DNA of 64,000 nucleotides from an uncultured Acidobacteriota bacterium (GTDB taxonomy: Bacteria; Acidobacteriota; Thermoanaerobaculia; Multivoradales; UBA5704). Location: NCBI GenBank assembly GCA_963700145.1, contig OY969474.1, positions 4,896,001-4,960,000 on the forward strand. Direction: 5' to 3'. Each line of letters starts with the position of its first letter. Within the stretch, counting starts at the first letter, position 1. The notes under the pieces are model-generated. The model saw only the letters and a program-made list of their open reading frames with translations, made no database searches and had not been told where the DNA came from. Position numbers and translations under genes: made by a program. Below, in pieces: positions 9,527 through 17,321 of the stretch.

Positions 9527-12500
9527 ATGGTCAAACGCCTGCAATCGCGCAAATGGGTCGCCGTCCTGGTGATGATCGCCACCCTGGCGACGCTGCTCGC
9601 CGCCTGGGCGATCGTGCAGAGCGGCGAAGAGGCGAAGGCGGCGGGGGGAGCGGACTGCGCGCAGCTCGACCTCAAGAACCTGGTGGCGCGGGTCGGGCTG
9701 GCGCGCGGCGCCGACGAGCTCGCCTGGGACCTCACCCATCCGCCCTGCGCGCCGGAGGTGGCGGCGGCGATGGTGCGTCGCGACTGGGCGCTGCTGCCGG
9801 CCTACCTCGTCCTCGTCGTCGGGATGGTCCTGCTGCTCGCCAACCTGCGCCTGCTGGGGCCGCGGCAGCCCAGCGGGCTGCGCGAGGGGCAGCGGCGGTG
9901 GTGGCTCTGGGTCGGCATCGGCACGGCGCTCGCCCTGGCGGCGGTCGCCGCCGACGCGATCGAGAACCGCCTGCTCTCGCGCCTGCTGGTGACTTTCCGC
10001 TTCCCCGGCCTCGACCTCGCCTCGGCGATCGAGCAGATGAACCTCGCGACGCGGGTCAAGTGGGGCGCGCTCGCCGCCGTCGCCTTCCTGACCGCCGCCC
10101 TCTGGGCGTGGCGGCCGCGTTGGCCGGTCAACGTGGCGCCGCCGGCCGAGCCCAAGAAGAAGTTGCCGCGGGCGGTGCGCTGGGGCTGGCGGCTGAGCTG
10201 GGCCGTCGCGGTCCTCGGTGCCGCGGCGGCGGGTGTGCTCGTCGCCGGCCTGCTCCAGGCCGACGCCGGCCGCGCCGCCGCCGGCCTGCGTCTCGGTTGG
10301 GTCCTCCTCATCGTCTTCTGGATCTGCGCCTTCCTCCGCGCCGTCGGCGTCGCGGCGGAGCCGCTGGCCCGGCTGCCGATCGACACGGTCGAGCCGGAGA
10401 CGACCGGCGCCGGCGACGTGCCCGAGAGCGCCGCCCCGCCGCCCGGCAGCCGCTACGAGCGCGCCTACCCGCGCCCGCTCTGGCAGCGGGAGTGGAAGTT
10501 GACCAGCGGGCGACGCCGGGAGGTGGGGCTGGACCCGGACAGCGGGCGCGTCGGCGTCGGCCTCTCCGGCGGCGGCATCCGTGCCGCCACCATCGACCTC
10601 GGCCTTTTCCAGGGCATCGCAGATCTCGACGCGGAGGCCGGGCCGGCGGAGAAGGGGCGGCGGGTCCTCGAGCGCATCGACTTCCTCTCCACGGTCTCGG
10701 GCGGCGGCTACTTCGGCAGCTTCCTCGGCCGGCTCTGGACCCGCCGCTTCGTCAGCGGCCCCGGCGACGTTGCCAACGTCCTGCGCGGCGCCAACGCGGA
10801 CGGCCGCAACGTGCTGCGCTACCTGCGCGAGAACGGCCGTTACCTCTCGCCCAACGGCGCCGGCGACCTGCTGCAGGGGGGCGCGGCGGTGCTGCGCAAC
10901 TGGGTGGCGATCCAGATCGTGCTGCTCACCTTCCTGCTCACCGTCTTCGCCGGCCTGCAGGCGGCGCGGCCGGGGATGAACCGGGTGGCCGCCGCGCTGC
11001 CCGAAGGGCTGGGGCAGGCGTTCGCCCTCCACGGCGGGTTCTGGTGGAGCCCGTGGCTGCTCCTGCCGCTGCTCGCCTTCGCCCTCTTCGTCTTCCCCCT
11101 CGGCTGGGCCTACTGGATGGTCGAGCCCGTCGGGCCGGAATTCGCCGGCAGCGAGGAAGGGCGCACGCGGCGGCGGGTGCCGAAGCCGCGCTTCTGGGAC
11201 CGCTCGGCGATCGCGCCGGTCGCCGGCCTGCTCCTGGTGCTGGTCGCGGCCCTGGTCGTGGCCGGCGGGCCGTGGCGGCCGGCGGTGCAGGCCGTCGCGC
11301 AGATGATGGCGGCGACCGCCGCGCTCTCCCTCTTCTGGTGGCGCTACGCGGTGCACAAGGGGCGGCGGCGGGCCGGACAGGCGGAGCGGGAGGAGGAGCG
11401 GGCCGAGTCCCGCGACAGCACCTTGAGCGGCACCATGCCGACGCTCGAGGAGCGGCGGCTCGACCGCGCCATCCACGCCCACCTCGCCGAGCGGCAGTGG
11501 CTCACCACCCACCTCACCGGCGCGCTCCTGGTCACCGGCGTCCTGCTGACCCTGGCCCTCGTCGACTCGGCGGGGCAGTCGCTCTACGTCGCCCTGCTCG
11601 GGCCCGACCCCTGGAGCGGCTGGCTGGCCGGCTTCTACTCGGTCTTGCTGATGCTCGTCGGCTACGCGCGGAAGCTCGCCGTGGTCTTCACCCCGAAGGG
11701 CGGCGACAAGCGCCCGAGCCTGCCGGTCAACCTGATCGCCGGCTTCATCGCGTTCGTCCTGGTGGCCGTCATCCTCGTCTCCCTCAACGCCGTCTCGCAC
11801 GCCGTCGCCTGGCGGTTGAGCGCGCCGCGCGGGAGCACGGAGTGGCAGCAGGCCGAACGCTCCTGCCTGCAGGTCCGCCTGGAGGAGGACTGCGAGCCGG
11901 CGGCGCTGGTGAGCGCCAGCGCCACGTCCGGGAGGTTCCCGCTGCGGCAGGGCCGCGACTGGCAGCTCTCGCTCCTCGGCCTGGTGACCGGGTTCGTGCT
12001 CTCGATCTTCTTCGGCCAGACCTTCCCCTTCGTCAACCGCTCCTCGCACCAGTCGCTCTACAGCTCGCGGCTCACCCGCGCCTACCTCGGCGCCTCCAAC
12101 AAGCGGCGCTGGAGCGAGAGCGTCACCCGGGTCATCCGCGGCGACGACTGCGACCTGGCGCGCTACTGGCCGCCGCCGCCGACCAAGGCGGCGCCGATCC
12201 ACTTCATCAACGTCACCATCAACGAGACGGTCGGCGGGCGCTCGCAGGTCGAGCAGAAGGACCGCAAGGGGAGCATCCTGGCCCTCGGGCCTTTCGGCAT
12301 GAGCTGCGGCGTCGATCACCACGCGATCATCCCGCTCGGCCGCCTCGACCCGGTGGGGCGGGAGGTGACCGTGTTCCCGCAGGCCGAAGGCGAGTTCCGG
12401 GTCTTCGAGTACCCGCGCGCCGAGGGCGCCGGCCACCGCGTGTTCACCGGCGAGACGCTGCCGCTCGGGGACTGGGTGGGGATCTCGGGCGCCGCCTTCT

Positions 12501-13294
12501 CGACCGGCCTCGGCGCGCGCACCAGTCTCGGTCTGAGCCTTCTCTCCGGCTTCGGCAACGTGCGGCTCGGGCGCTGGTGGGACTCGGGCGTCGCCGTCGA
12601 CGCCCGCAGCGCCGCCGTACGGCCGACCTTCCTGGTAGGGCTCGAGCACTTCGCCGCCCGCCTCTTCCCGGTGCAGGTCTTCCTGCTCGACGAGTTCCTC
12701 GCCCGCTTCCACGGCACGGCGCGCCGCCACTGGTACCTCTCCGACGGCGGCCACTTCGAGAACATGGCCGGCTACGAGCTGATCCGCCGGCGGCTGCCGA
12801 TGATCGTCATCGTCGACGGCGAGCAGGACGGCAGCTACACCTTCGGCGGCCTCTCGAACCTGGTGCGCAAGGCGCGCATCGACTTCGGCGCCGAGGTCAA
12901 GTTCCTGAGCGACGAGGAGCTGAAGTCGGAGATCGACCCCAGGATGCGCGGCACGGTCGGCACGCTGGAGGACCTGCGGCTCGACCCCGACACCGGCTTC
13001 TCGAAGGCCCACGCGGCCCTCGGCCGCATCACCTACACCGACGGCGCCGCCCCGCCCAGCCGCCTGCTCTACATCAAGGCCTCCCTGACCGGCGACGAGG
13101 CAGCGGACGTCCTCGAGTACCACCGCGCCCACCCCAACTTCCCGCACGAGCCGACCAGCGACCAGTTCTTCGACGAGGCGCAGTGGGAGAGCTACCGCAA
13201 GCTCGGCGAGCACATCGCCCGCCGGCTCTTCCGCCGCCCCGGCGCCGGCGCCGGCAAGGCCGCGAAGAGCTGGTGGCCTGACGAGCTCGTGTAA
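9527..13294 (+). CDS. Large multi-TM patatin/cPLA2-like phospholipase
   Basis: GLSGGGIRAA oxyanion motif, LSTVSGGGY serine motif, YLSDGGHFEN Asp motif, C-terminal FPHEPTSDQFFDEAQWESYRKLG, and many hydrophobic helices. Confidence 0.85.
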   Translation: MVKRLQSRKWVAVLVMIATLATLLAAWAIVQSGEEAKAAGGADCAQLDLKNLVARVGLARGADELAWDLTHPPCAPEVAAAMVRRDWALLPAYLVLVVGMVLLLANLRLLGPRQPSGLREGQRRWWLWVGIGTALALAAVAADAIENRLLSRLLVTFRFPGLDLASAIEQMNLATRVKWGALAAVAFLTAALWAWRPRWPVNVAPPAEPKKKLPRAVRWGWRLSWAVAVLGAAAAGVLVAGLLQADAGRAAAGLRLGWVLLIVFWICAFLRAVGVAAEPLARLPIDTVEPETTGAGDVPESAAPPPGSRYERAYPRPLWQREWKLTSGRRREVGLDPDSGRVGVGLSGGGIRAATIDLGLFQGIADLDAEAGPAEKGRRVLERIDFLSTVSGGGYFGSFLGRLWTRRFVSGPGDVANVLRGANADGRNVLRYLRENGRYLSPNGAGDLLQGGAAVLRNWVAIQIVLLTFLLTVFAGLQAARPGMNRVAAALPEGLGQAFALHGGFWWSPWLLLPLLAFALFVFPLGWAYWMVEPVGPEFAGSEEGRTRRRVPKPRFWDRSAIAPVAGLLLVLVAALVVAGGPWRPAVQAVAQMMAATAALSLFWWRYAVHKGRRRAGQAEREEERAESRDSTLSGTMPTLEERRLDRAIHAHLAERQWLTTHLTGALLVTGVLLTLALVDSAGQSLYVALLGPDPWSGWLAGFYSVLLMLVGYARKLAVVFTPKGGDKRPSLPVNLIAGFIAFVLVAVILVSLNAVSHAVAWRLSAPRGSTEWQQAERSCLQVRLEEDCEPAALVSASATSGRFPLRQGRDWQLSLLGLVTGFVLSIFFGQTFPFVNRSSHQSLYSSRLTRAYLGASNKRRWSESVTRVIRGDDCDLARYWPPPPTKAAPIHFINVTINETVGGRSQVEQKDRKGSILALGPFGMSCGVDHHAIIPLGRLDPVGREVTVFPQAEGEFRVFEYPRAEGAGHRVFTGETLPLGDWVGISGAAFSTGLGARTSLGLSLLSGFGNVRLGRWWDSGVAVDARSAAVRPTFLVGLEHFAARLFPVQVFLLDEFLARFHGTARRHWYLSDGGHFENMAGYELIRRRLPMIVIVDGEQDGSYTFGGLSNLVRKARIDFGAEVKFLSDEELKSEIDPRMRGTVGTLEDLRLDPDTGFSKAHAALGRITYTDGAAPPSRLLYIKASLTGDEAADVLEYHRAHPNFPHEPTSDQFFDEAQWESYRKLGEHIARRLFRRPGAGAGKAAKSWWPDELV

Positions 13295-13321
13295 GGACCG
13301 GACGAGCTGGTGTAGGGACGG
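13280..13321 (+). repeat. Two-copy 21-bp tandem repeat spanning the patatin stop codon
   Basis: gacgagctcgtgtaaggaccg / gacgagctggtgtagggacgg, 18/21 identical. Confidence 0.7.
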
Positions 13322-13414
13322 GAGGTGACGGCGAAGCCGCCTCCTCGGCCCGCTGAATGCTAGGCGGCCCGGCGAAGCGGGCGCCTCGACGGGCGACCCG
13401 CTGGGCCGGCCGGC

Positions 13415-13521
13415 GGATGGGCGGTCTTTTCAGCCGGATGGAGCAGGTACGCAGACGAATGGCCTGGGTACGGCGCCGACCTGTCCCATTCGCGCGCGTA
13501 CTATCCCATTCGTCGCCGTAC
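13415..13521. repeat. Left part of a degenerate 20-21-bp repeat array (inverted units, then CCATTCG units)
   Basis: G(G/A)ATGG cores at 13415, 13436 and 13457. CCATTCG cores at 13486 and 13506. Confidence 0.65.
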
Positions 13522-13649
13522 TGTCGTTGGCCACGCGGATGCCCCCACTAGGGTGGGGGTTTAGCCAGAGCTAGGGACCAGGCTTTGGCCACGGATGGGA
13601 CCACCCTCATGTGGTAGGCCGGCCCTCTTGCGAGAGCAGGAGGTGTGCG

Positions 13650-15182
13650 GTGTCCTACCGGGAGGTGCACGTGGTCGAGGTCAGGGAAGTGGTCCGGCTG
13701 TGGTCGGCGGGCGAGTCGCAGCGGAAGACGGTGCGGCGGTACGTGAAGGCGGCCCTGCGGGCGGGGTGTCGGGTGGGCGAGCCGGCGTCGGACGAGGTCC
13801 TTGGCGAGGTGATTGGGCGAGTGCGGGCGCAGGGGCCTGGCGTGCGGGGTGGTTCGTGGGCCACGTGCACCGCGCACCGGGAGCTGCTGAGCGGCTGGCT
13901 CGACCAGCAGGTCCCCCTGAGCAAGGTGCAGGAGCTGCTGCACCGGCACGCGGGGGTGGTGGTGCCGTACCGGACTTTGCACCGGTATGCGGCACGGGAG
14001 CTCGGCTTTGGCGGCCGGCGGGTGACGGTGCGGGTGGCCGACGGCAAGCCGGGTGAGGAGCTGCAGCTGGATTTCGGGGCCGTGGGTTGGCTCCGCGAGG
14101 ACGGTCGGCGGCGGCGGGTGTGGGCGCTGGTGCTGACGGCGGTGGTGAGCCGCCACCAGTTTGTCTGGCTGACCTACCGCCAGAGCGTGGCCGACGTGGT
14201 GGCGGGGTGCGAGGCGGCGTGGGCGTTTTTCGGCGGGGTCTTCCGGGTCCTCATCCCCGACAATCTCAAGGCGATCGTGACGACGGCGGATCGGGATGCG
14301 CCGCGTCTGAATCCCGCCTTTGTCGAGTACGCGCAAGCCCGCGGTTTCGTGCTCGACCCGGCGCGGGTCCGTCATCCGCAGGACAAGGCGCGGGTCGAGC
14401 GCGCGGTGCAGTACGTGCAGACGTCGCTGTTTGCGGGCGAGACCTTCTTGGCGCTCGTCGAGGCGCAGACCGCGGCCGAGCGCTGGTGCCAGGTGACCGC
14501 CGGCGAGCGCGTCCACGGCACGACCCGACAGCGGCCGGCGGAGCACTTTGCGCGCGAGGAGCGGCAGCTCCTGCTGCCGGCTCCCGAGGTGCCCTACGAG
14601 GTGGCGCCCTGGAGCCAGGCTCGGGTGCAACGCGATCACCATCTGACGGCCGGCAAAGCGCTGTACTCGGTGCCGACGGCCTATCTCGGCGAGCGCGTCC
14701 AGGTGCGCCAGGGCCGCGACCTGGTGCGGATCTACCACCGCGGGCAGCTGGTCAAGGTGCACCCGCGCGTCGGACCCGGACAGCGCAGCACCGATCCAGC
14801 GGACTACCCGCCCGGGGTGCGCGAGCTGGCCTGTCGCGATCAGCAGACCTTGCTCGCGCAGGCCCGGGATGCCGGCCCGGCCATCGGCGTCTACGCCGAG
14901 CGCCTGCTCGACGCCCCCCAGCCGTGGGCGCGCATGCGCCACGTCTACCGCCTGCTCGGCCTGGTCCGCCGCTACGCGGCCCCGGCGGTCGAGCAGGCCT
15001 GTACCCGCGCGCTCGCGGCCGACGTCGTCGACGTCACGCGGGTGGCGCGGATGCTCGAGCAGGCGGTCGAGCAACGCCCTCTGCCGACACGGCCACGGCC
15101 CGGGGATGCCGCACCTCGCGAGCTGCGCTTCCTGCGCCGGCCGAGCGAGTATCGGCTGGGCCGCGGAGGCGACCATGAGTGA
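13650..15182 (+). CDS. istA: IS21 transposase IstA
   Basis: AGGAGG RBS before GTG 13650. DDE motifs LQLDFG, IPDNLK and KARVER, plus HGTT and YSVP. Confidence 0.93.
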   Translation: MSYREVHVVEVREVVRLWSAGESQRKTVRRYVKAALRAGCRVGEPASDEVLGEVIGRVRAQGPGVRGGSWATCTAHRELLSGWLDQQVPLSKVQELLHRHAGVVVPYRTLHRYAARELGFGGRRVTVRVADGKPGEELQLDFGAVGWLREDGRRRRVWALVLTAVVSRHQFVWLTYRQSVADVVAGCEAAWAFFGGVFRVLIPDNLKAIVTTADRDAPRLNPAFVEYAQARGFVLDPARVRHPQDKARVERAVQYVQTSLFAGETFLALVEAQTAAERWCQVTAGERVHGTTRQRPAEHFAREERQLLLPAPEVPYEVAPWSQARVQRDHHLTAGKALYSVPTAYLGERVQVRQGRDLVRIYHRGQLVKVHPRVGPGQRSTDPADYPPGVRELACRDQQTLLAQARDAGPAIGVYAERLLDAPQPWARMRHVYRLLGLVRRYAAPAVEQACTRALAADVVDVTRVARMLEQAVEQRPLPTRPRPGDAAPRELRFLRRPSEYRLGRGGDHE

Positions 15183-15933
15183 GCTGCTCTCGCCGGATCT
15201 CCGTGCGATGCGGCGGCGGCTCAAGCTCTCGCCGATGGCCGACACCCTGCCCGAGCGCTTGCGGCTGGCGCGGGAACGGGCCATGCCCCACCAGGACTTC
15301 TTGGAGCTGGTCCTCTCCGAAGAGTGCGAGCGGCGCAACCACCTGGCCGCGAGCCAGCGGGTCCAGAAGGCGCGCCTGGATCCAGCGCTCCATCTCGAAG
15401 CCTGGGACGATACGGCCAAGGTCACCTTCGACCGTCAGCTGCTCGCCGAGCTCGCCTCCTTGCGCTTCGTCGAGGCCTGCCAGAACGTGCTGCTCCTCGG
15501 GCCGGTCGGCGTCGGCAAAACCCACCTCGCAGCGGGTCTGGGACACCTCGCGTGCCGGCGCGGCTACAGCGTCCTTTTCGTGCGCACCGAGGGCATGCTC
15601 AAACAGCTGCGGGCCTCGCGCCTCGACCACAGCGTCGAGCGGGAGATGCGCCGCCTCATCGCGGTCGACCTGCTGGTCCTCGACGATTTTGGGCTCGACG
15701 CGCTCGATCCGACGGAGAGCCGTGACGTCTACGAGATCCTGCTCGAACGCCATCACCGGCGCTCGACCATCGTCACCTCCAACCGCGCCCCCGAGGAGTG
15801 GCTGGCGACGATGTCCGATCCCCTCCGCGCGCAAAGCGTCATCGACCGGCTCACGAACGCCGCCTACGAGCTCGTCCTCGACGGCGAGTCCTACCGCCGG
15901 CGCCAGAAGCCGAGCCTTCAAGGACGGTCGTGA
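15175..15933 (+). CDS. istB: IS21 helper AAA+ ATPase IstB
   Basis: Walker A GPVGVGKT, Walker B LLVLDDFG, TSNR and GESYR. Overlaps the istA end. Confidence 0.95.
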   Translation: MSELLSPDLRAMRRRLKLSPMADTLPERLRLARERAMPHQDFLELVLSEECERRNHLAASQRVQKARLDPALHLEAWDDTAKVTFDRQLLAELASLRFVEACQNVLLLGPVGVGKTHLAAGLGHLACRRGYSVLFVRTEGMLKQLRASRLDHSVEREMRRLIAVDLLVLDDFGLDALDPTESRDVYEILLERHHRRSTIVTSNRAPEEWLATMSDPLRAQSVIDRLTNAAYELVLDGESYRRRQKPSLQGRS

Positions 15934-16145
15934 GCACGCCGCCGCCGGCTGGGGTGTCGGCCCTGCGGTGGGCGGCCCCCGTCCCCCGCCCCCGCCCACC
16001 TCCGGCCCGACACCCCAGCCGGCAAGGAACCAACGTCAACCAAGGGAGGCAGCGAGCCATCGAGGAGCCGTGACAACATCAACCCGGGTGGTCCCATGCT
16101 CGTGGCTAACACCCGGTCCCATCCCCGTGGCTAGCGACACCGTAC

Positions 16146-16262
16146 GGAGCCCATTCGTCCGCGTATCCAGCCATTCGCCGCTGCATCCGCCCCATTCGCC
16201 GCCCTATCCCTCCCGTTCGTCCGCGTACCCAGCCCATTCGCCGCCGTACCTGTCCCATTCCG
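16146..16262. repeat. Right part of the 20-21-bp CCATTCG repeat array interrupted by IS21
   Basis: CC(A/G)TTC cores at 16151, 16171, 16192, 16213, 16234 and 16255. Confidence 0.8.
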
Positions 16263-16513
16263 CCGCGCCGACCGGCCCGCCGGCGCCTCGGCATGTCCGC
16301 CAAGAGCGATGGGGTGGATTTCTCCGCCTTATTCCCGCCCCCCGTCCCGCTCGAAAAAAAAGTCCGACTTGAACCCCCGGAGGGGAAGCATTCGGGCCCG
16401 TTTTGGGTTATAACCCGCGAATCGAAATCACGGGACGCGCCGCCCGCGTGGGCGAGCTGAGTTAACAACCAGGGTCGACTTCAGCAGCTTTGCGGCTGCA
16501 GCTACGGAGAGCC

Positions 16514-17317
16514 GTGCGCAAGACACTTCGCCCACTCGTTCCCGGTTCGCTGTTCCTCGCCCTCGCCGTCACCTGCGTCGCCGCCGCCCCTGCGGCGCCC
16601 GCCGTCCCAGCCCTCATCCAGCCGGCGCCCTTAGAGGCCGCCGCCCCGGCCGCCGTCCCCGTTGAGGCGGTCCCGACTCCTGACCTGCCCGAGACGGTCG
16701 TCGACGAGCTGCCCACGGCTCCCGCCCCGGCCCCGGTGGCGATCGCGCCCGAGGGGCTGGCGCCCGAGGTGCTGGCCGCCGCCCTCGACGCGGTGTCCGC
16801 CGCCCGCGCCCGCGGCGTCTCGGCCCGCACCGACCTGCTGACGGTGATCGACTACTCGCTGCCCTCGACCGAGCCGCGCCTCTGGGTGCTGGACGTCGAG
16901 CGCGGCGAGGTGCTCTACCGCGAGCTGGTGGCCCACGGCCGGGGGACCGGCGACAACTACGCCACCCGCTTCTCGAACGTCCCCGAGAGCCGGCAGACCA
17001 GCCTCGGCCTCTTCCTGACCGCCGGCACCTACACGGGCGGCAACGGCTACTCGCTGAAGCTGCGCGGCCTCGACCAGGGCCTCAACGACCGCGCCGAGGA
17101 GCGCTACATCGTCATGCACGGCGCCTGGTACGTGAGCCCGCAGCAGGCCCGCGCCCAGGGTCGCATCGGCCGGAGCTGGGGCTGCCCGGCGGTCCCCGAG
17201 ACGGTCGCCAAGCCGATCATCGACACGATCAAGGGCGGCAGCTTCATCTACTCCTACCACCCGCAGCTCGCCGAGGCCGGCGCCGCCACCCCGGCTGCCG
17301 TCCGCGCCGTCCGCTGA
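16514..17317 (+). CDS. Murein L,D-transpeptidase catalytic domain protein (YkuD_2 type)
   Basis: Signal-like N-terminus, Pro/Ala linker, VIDYSLPS..RLWV, VAHGRG, IVMHGA, GRSWGCPAV. GGAG RBS before GTG 16514. Confidence 0.9.
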   Translation: MRKTLRPLVPGSLFLALAVTCVAAAPAAPAVPALIQPAPLEAAAPAAVPVEAVPTPDLPETVVDELPTAPAPAPVAIAPEGLAPEVLAAALDAVSAARARGVSARTDLLTVIDYSLPSTEPRLWVLDVERGEVLYRELVAHGRGTGDNYATRFSNVPESRQTSLGLFLTAGTYTGGNGYSLKLRGLDQGLNDRAEERYIVMHGAWYVSPQQARAQGRIGRSWGCPAVPETVAKPIIDTIKGGSFIYSYHPQLAEAGAATPAAVRAVR

Positions 17318-17321
17318 CGGC

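Larger units (their letters stand above)
13522..16139 (+). mobile_element. IS21 family insertion sequence with both ends and a 6-bp TSD CCGTAC
   Basis: Left end TGTCGTTGGCCACGCGGATG matches the reverse complement of the right end, TGTCGCTAGCCACGGGGATG. CCGTAC at 13516-13521 and 16140-16145. Subterminal GGGACCA/GGTCCCA repeats, and istA+istB inside. Confidence 0.95.

Noticed and set aside
8321-13281. Very long alternative-frame and antisense ORFs (e.g. 8321..13213-, 9034..13281+, 17254..20541-, most of 56979..62447+)
   Set aside because: Shadow ORFs typical of very high GC DNA. They are Arg/Gly/Pro-rich, lack motifs and overlap well-supported genes.
16405-16416. Perfect palindrome GGGTTATAACCC upstream of the L,D-transpeptidase
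   Set aside because: It contains a -10-like TATAAC, but there is no properly spaced -35 and only one occurrence, which is too little to call.
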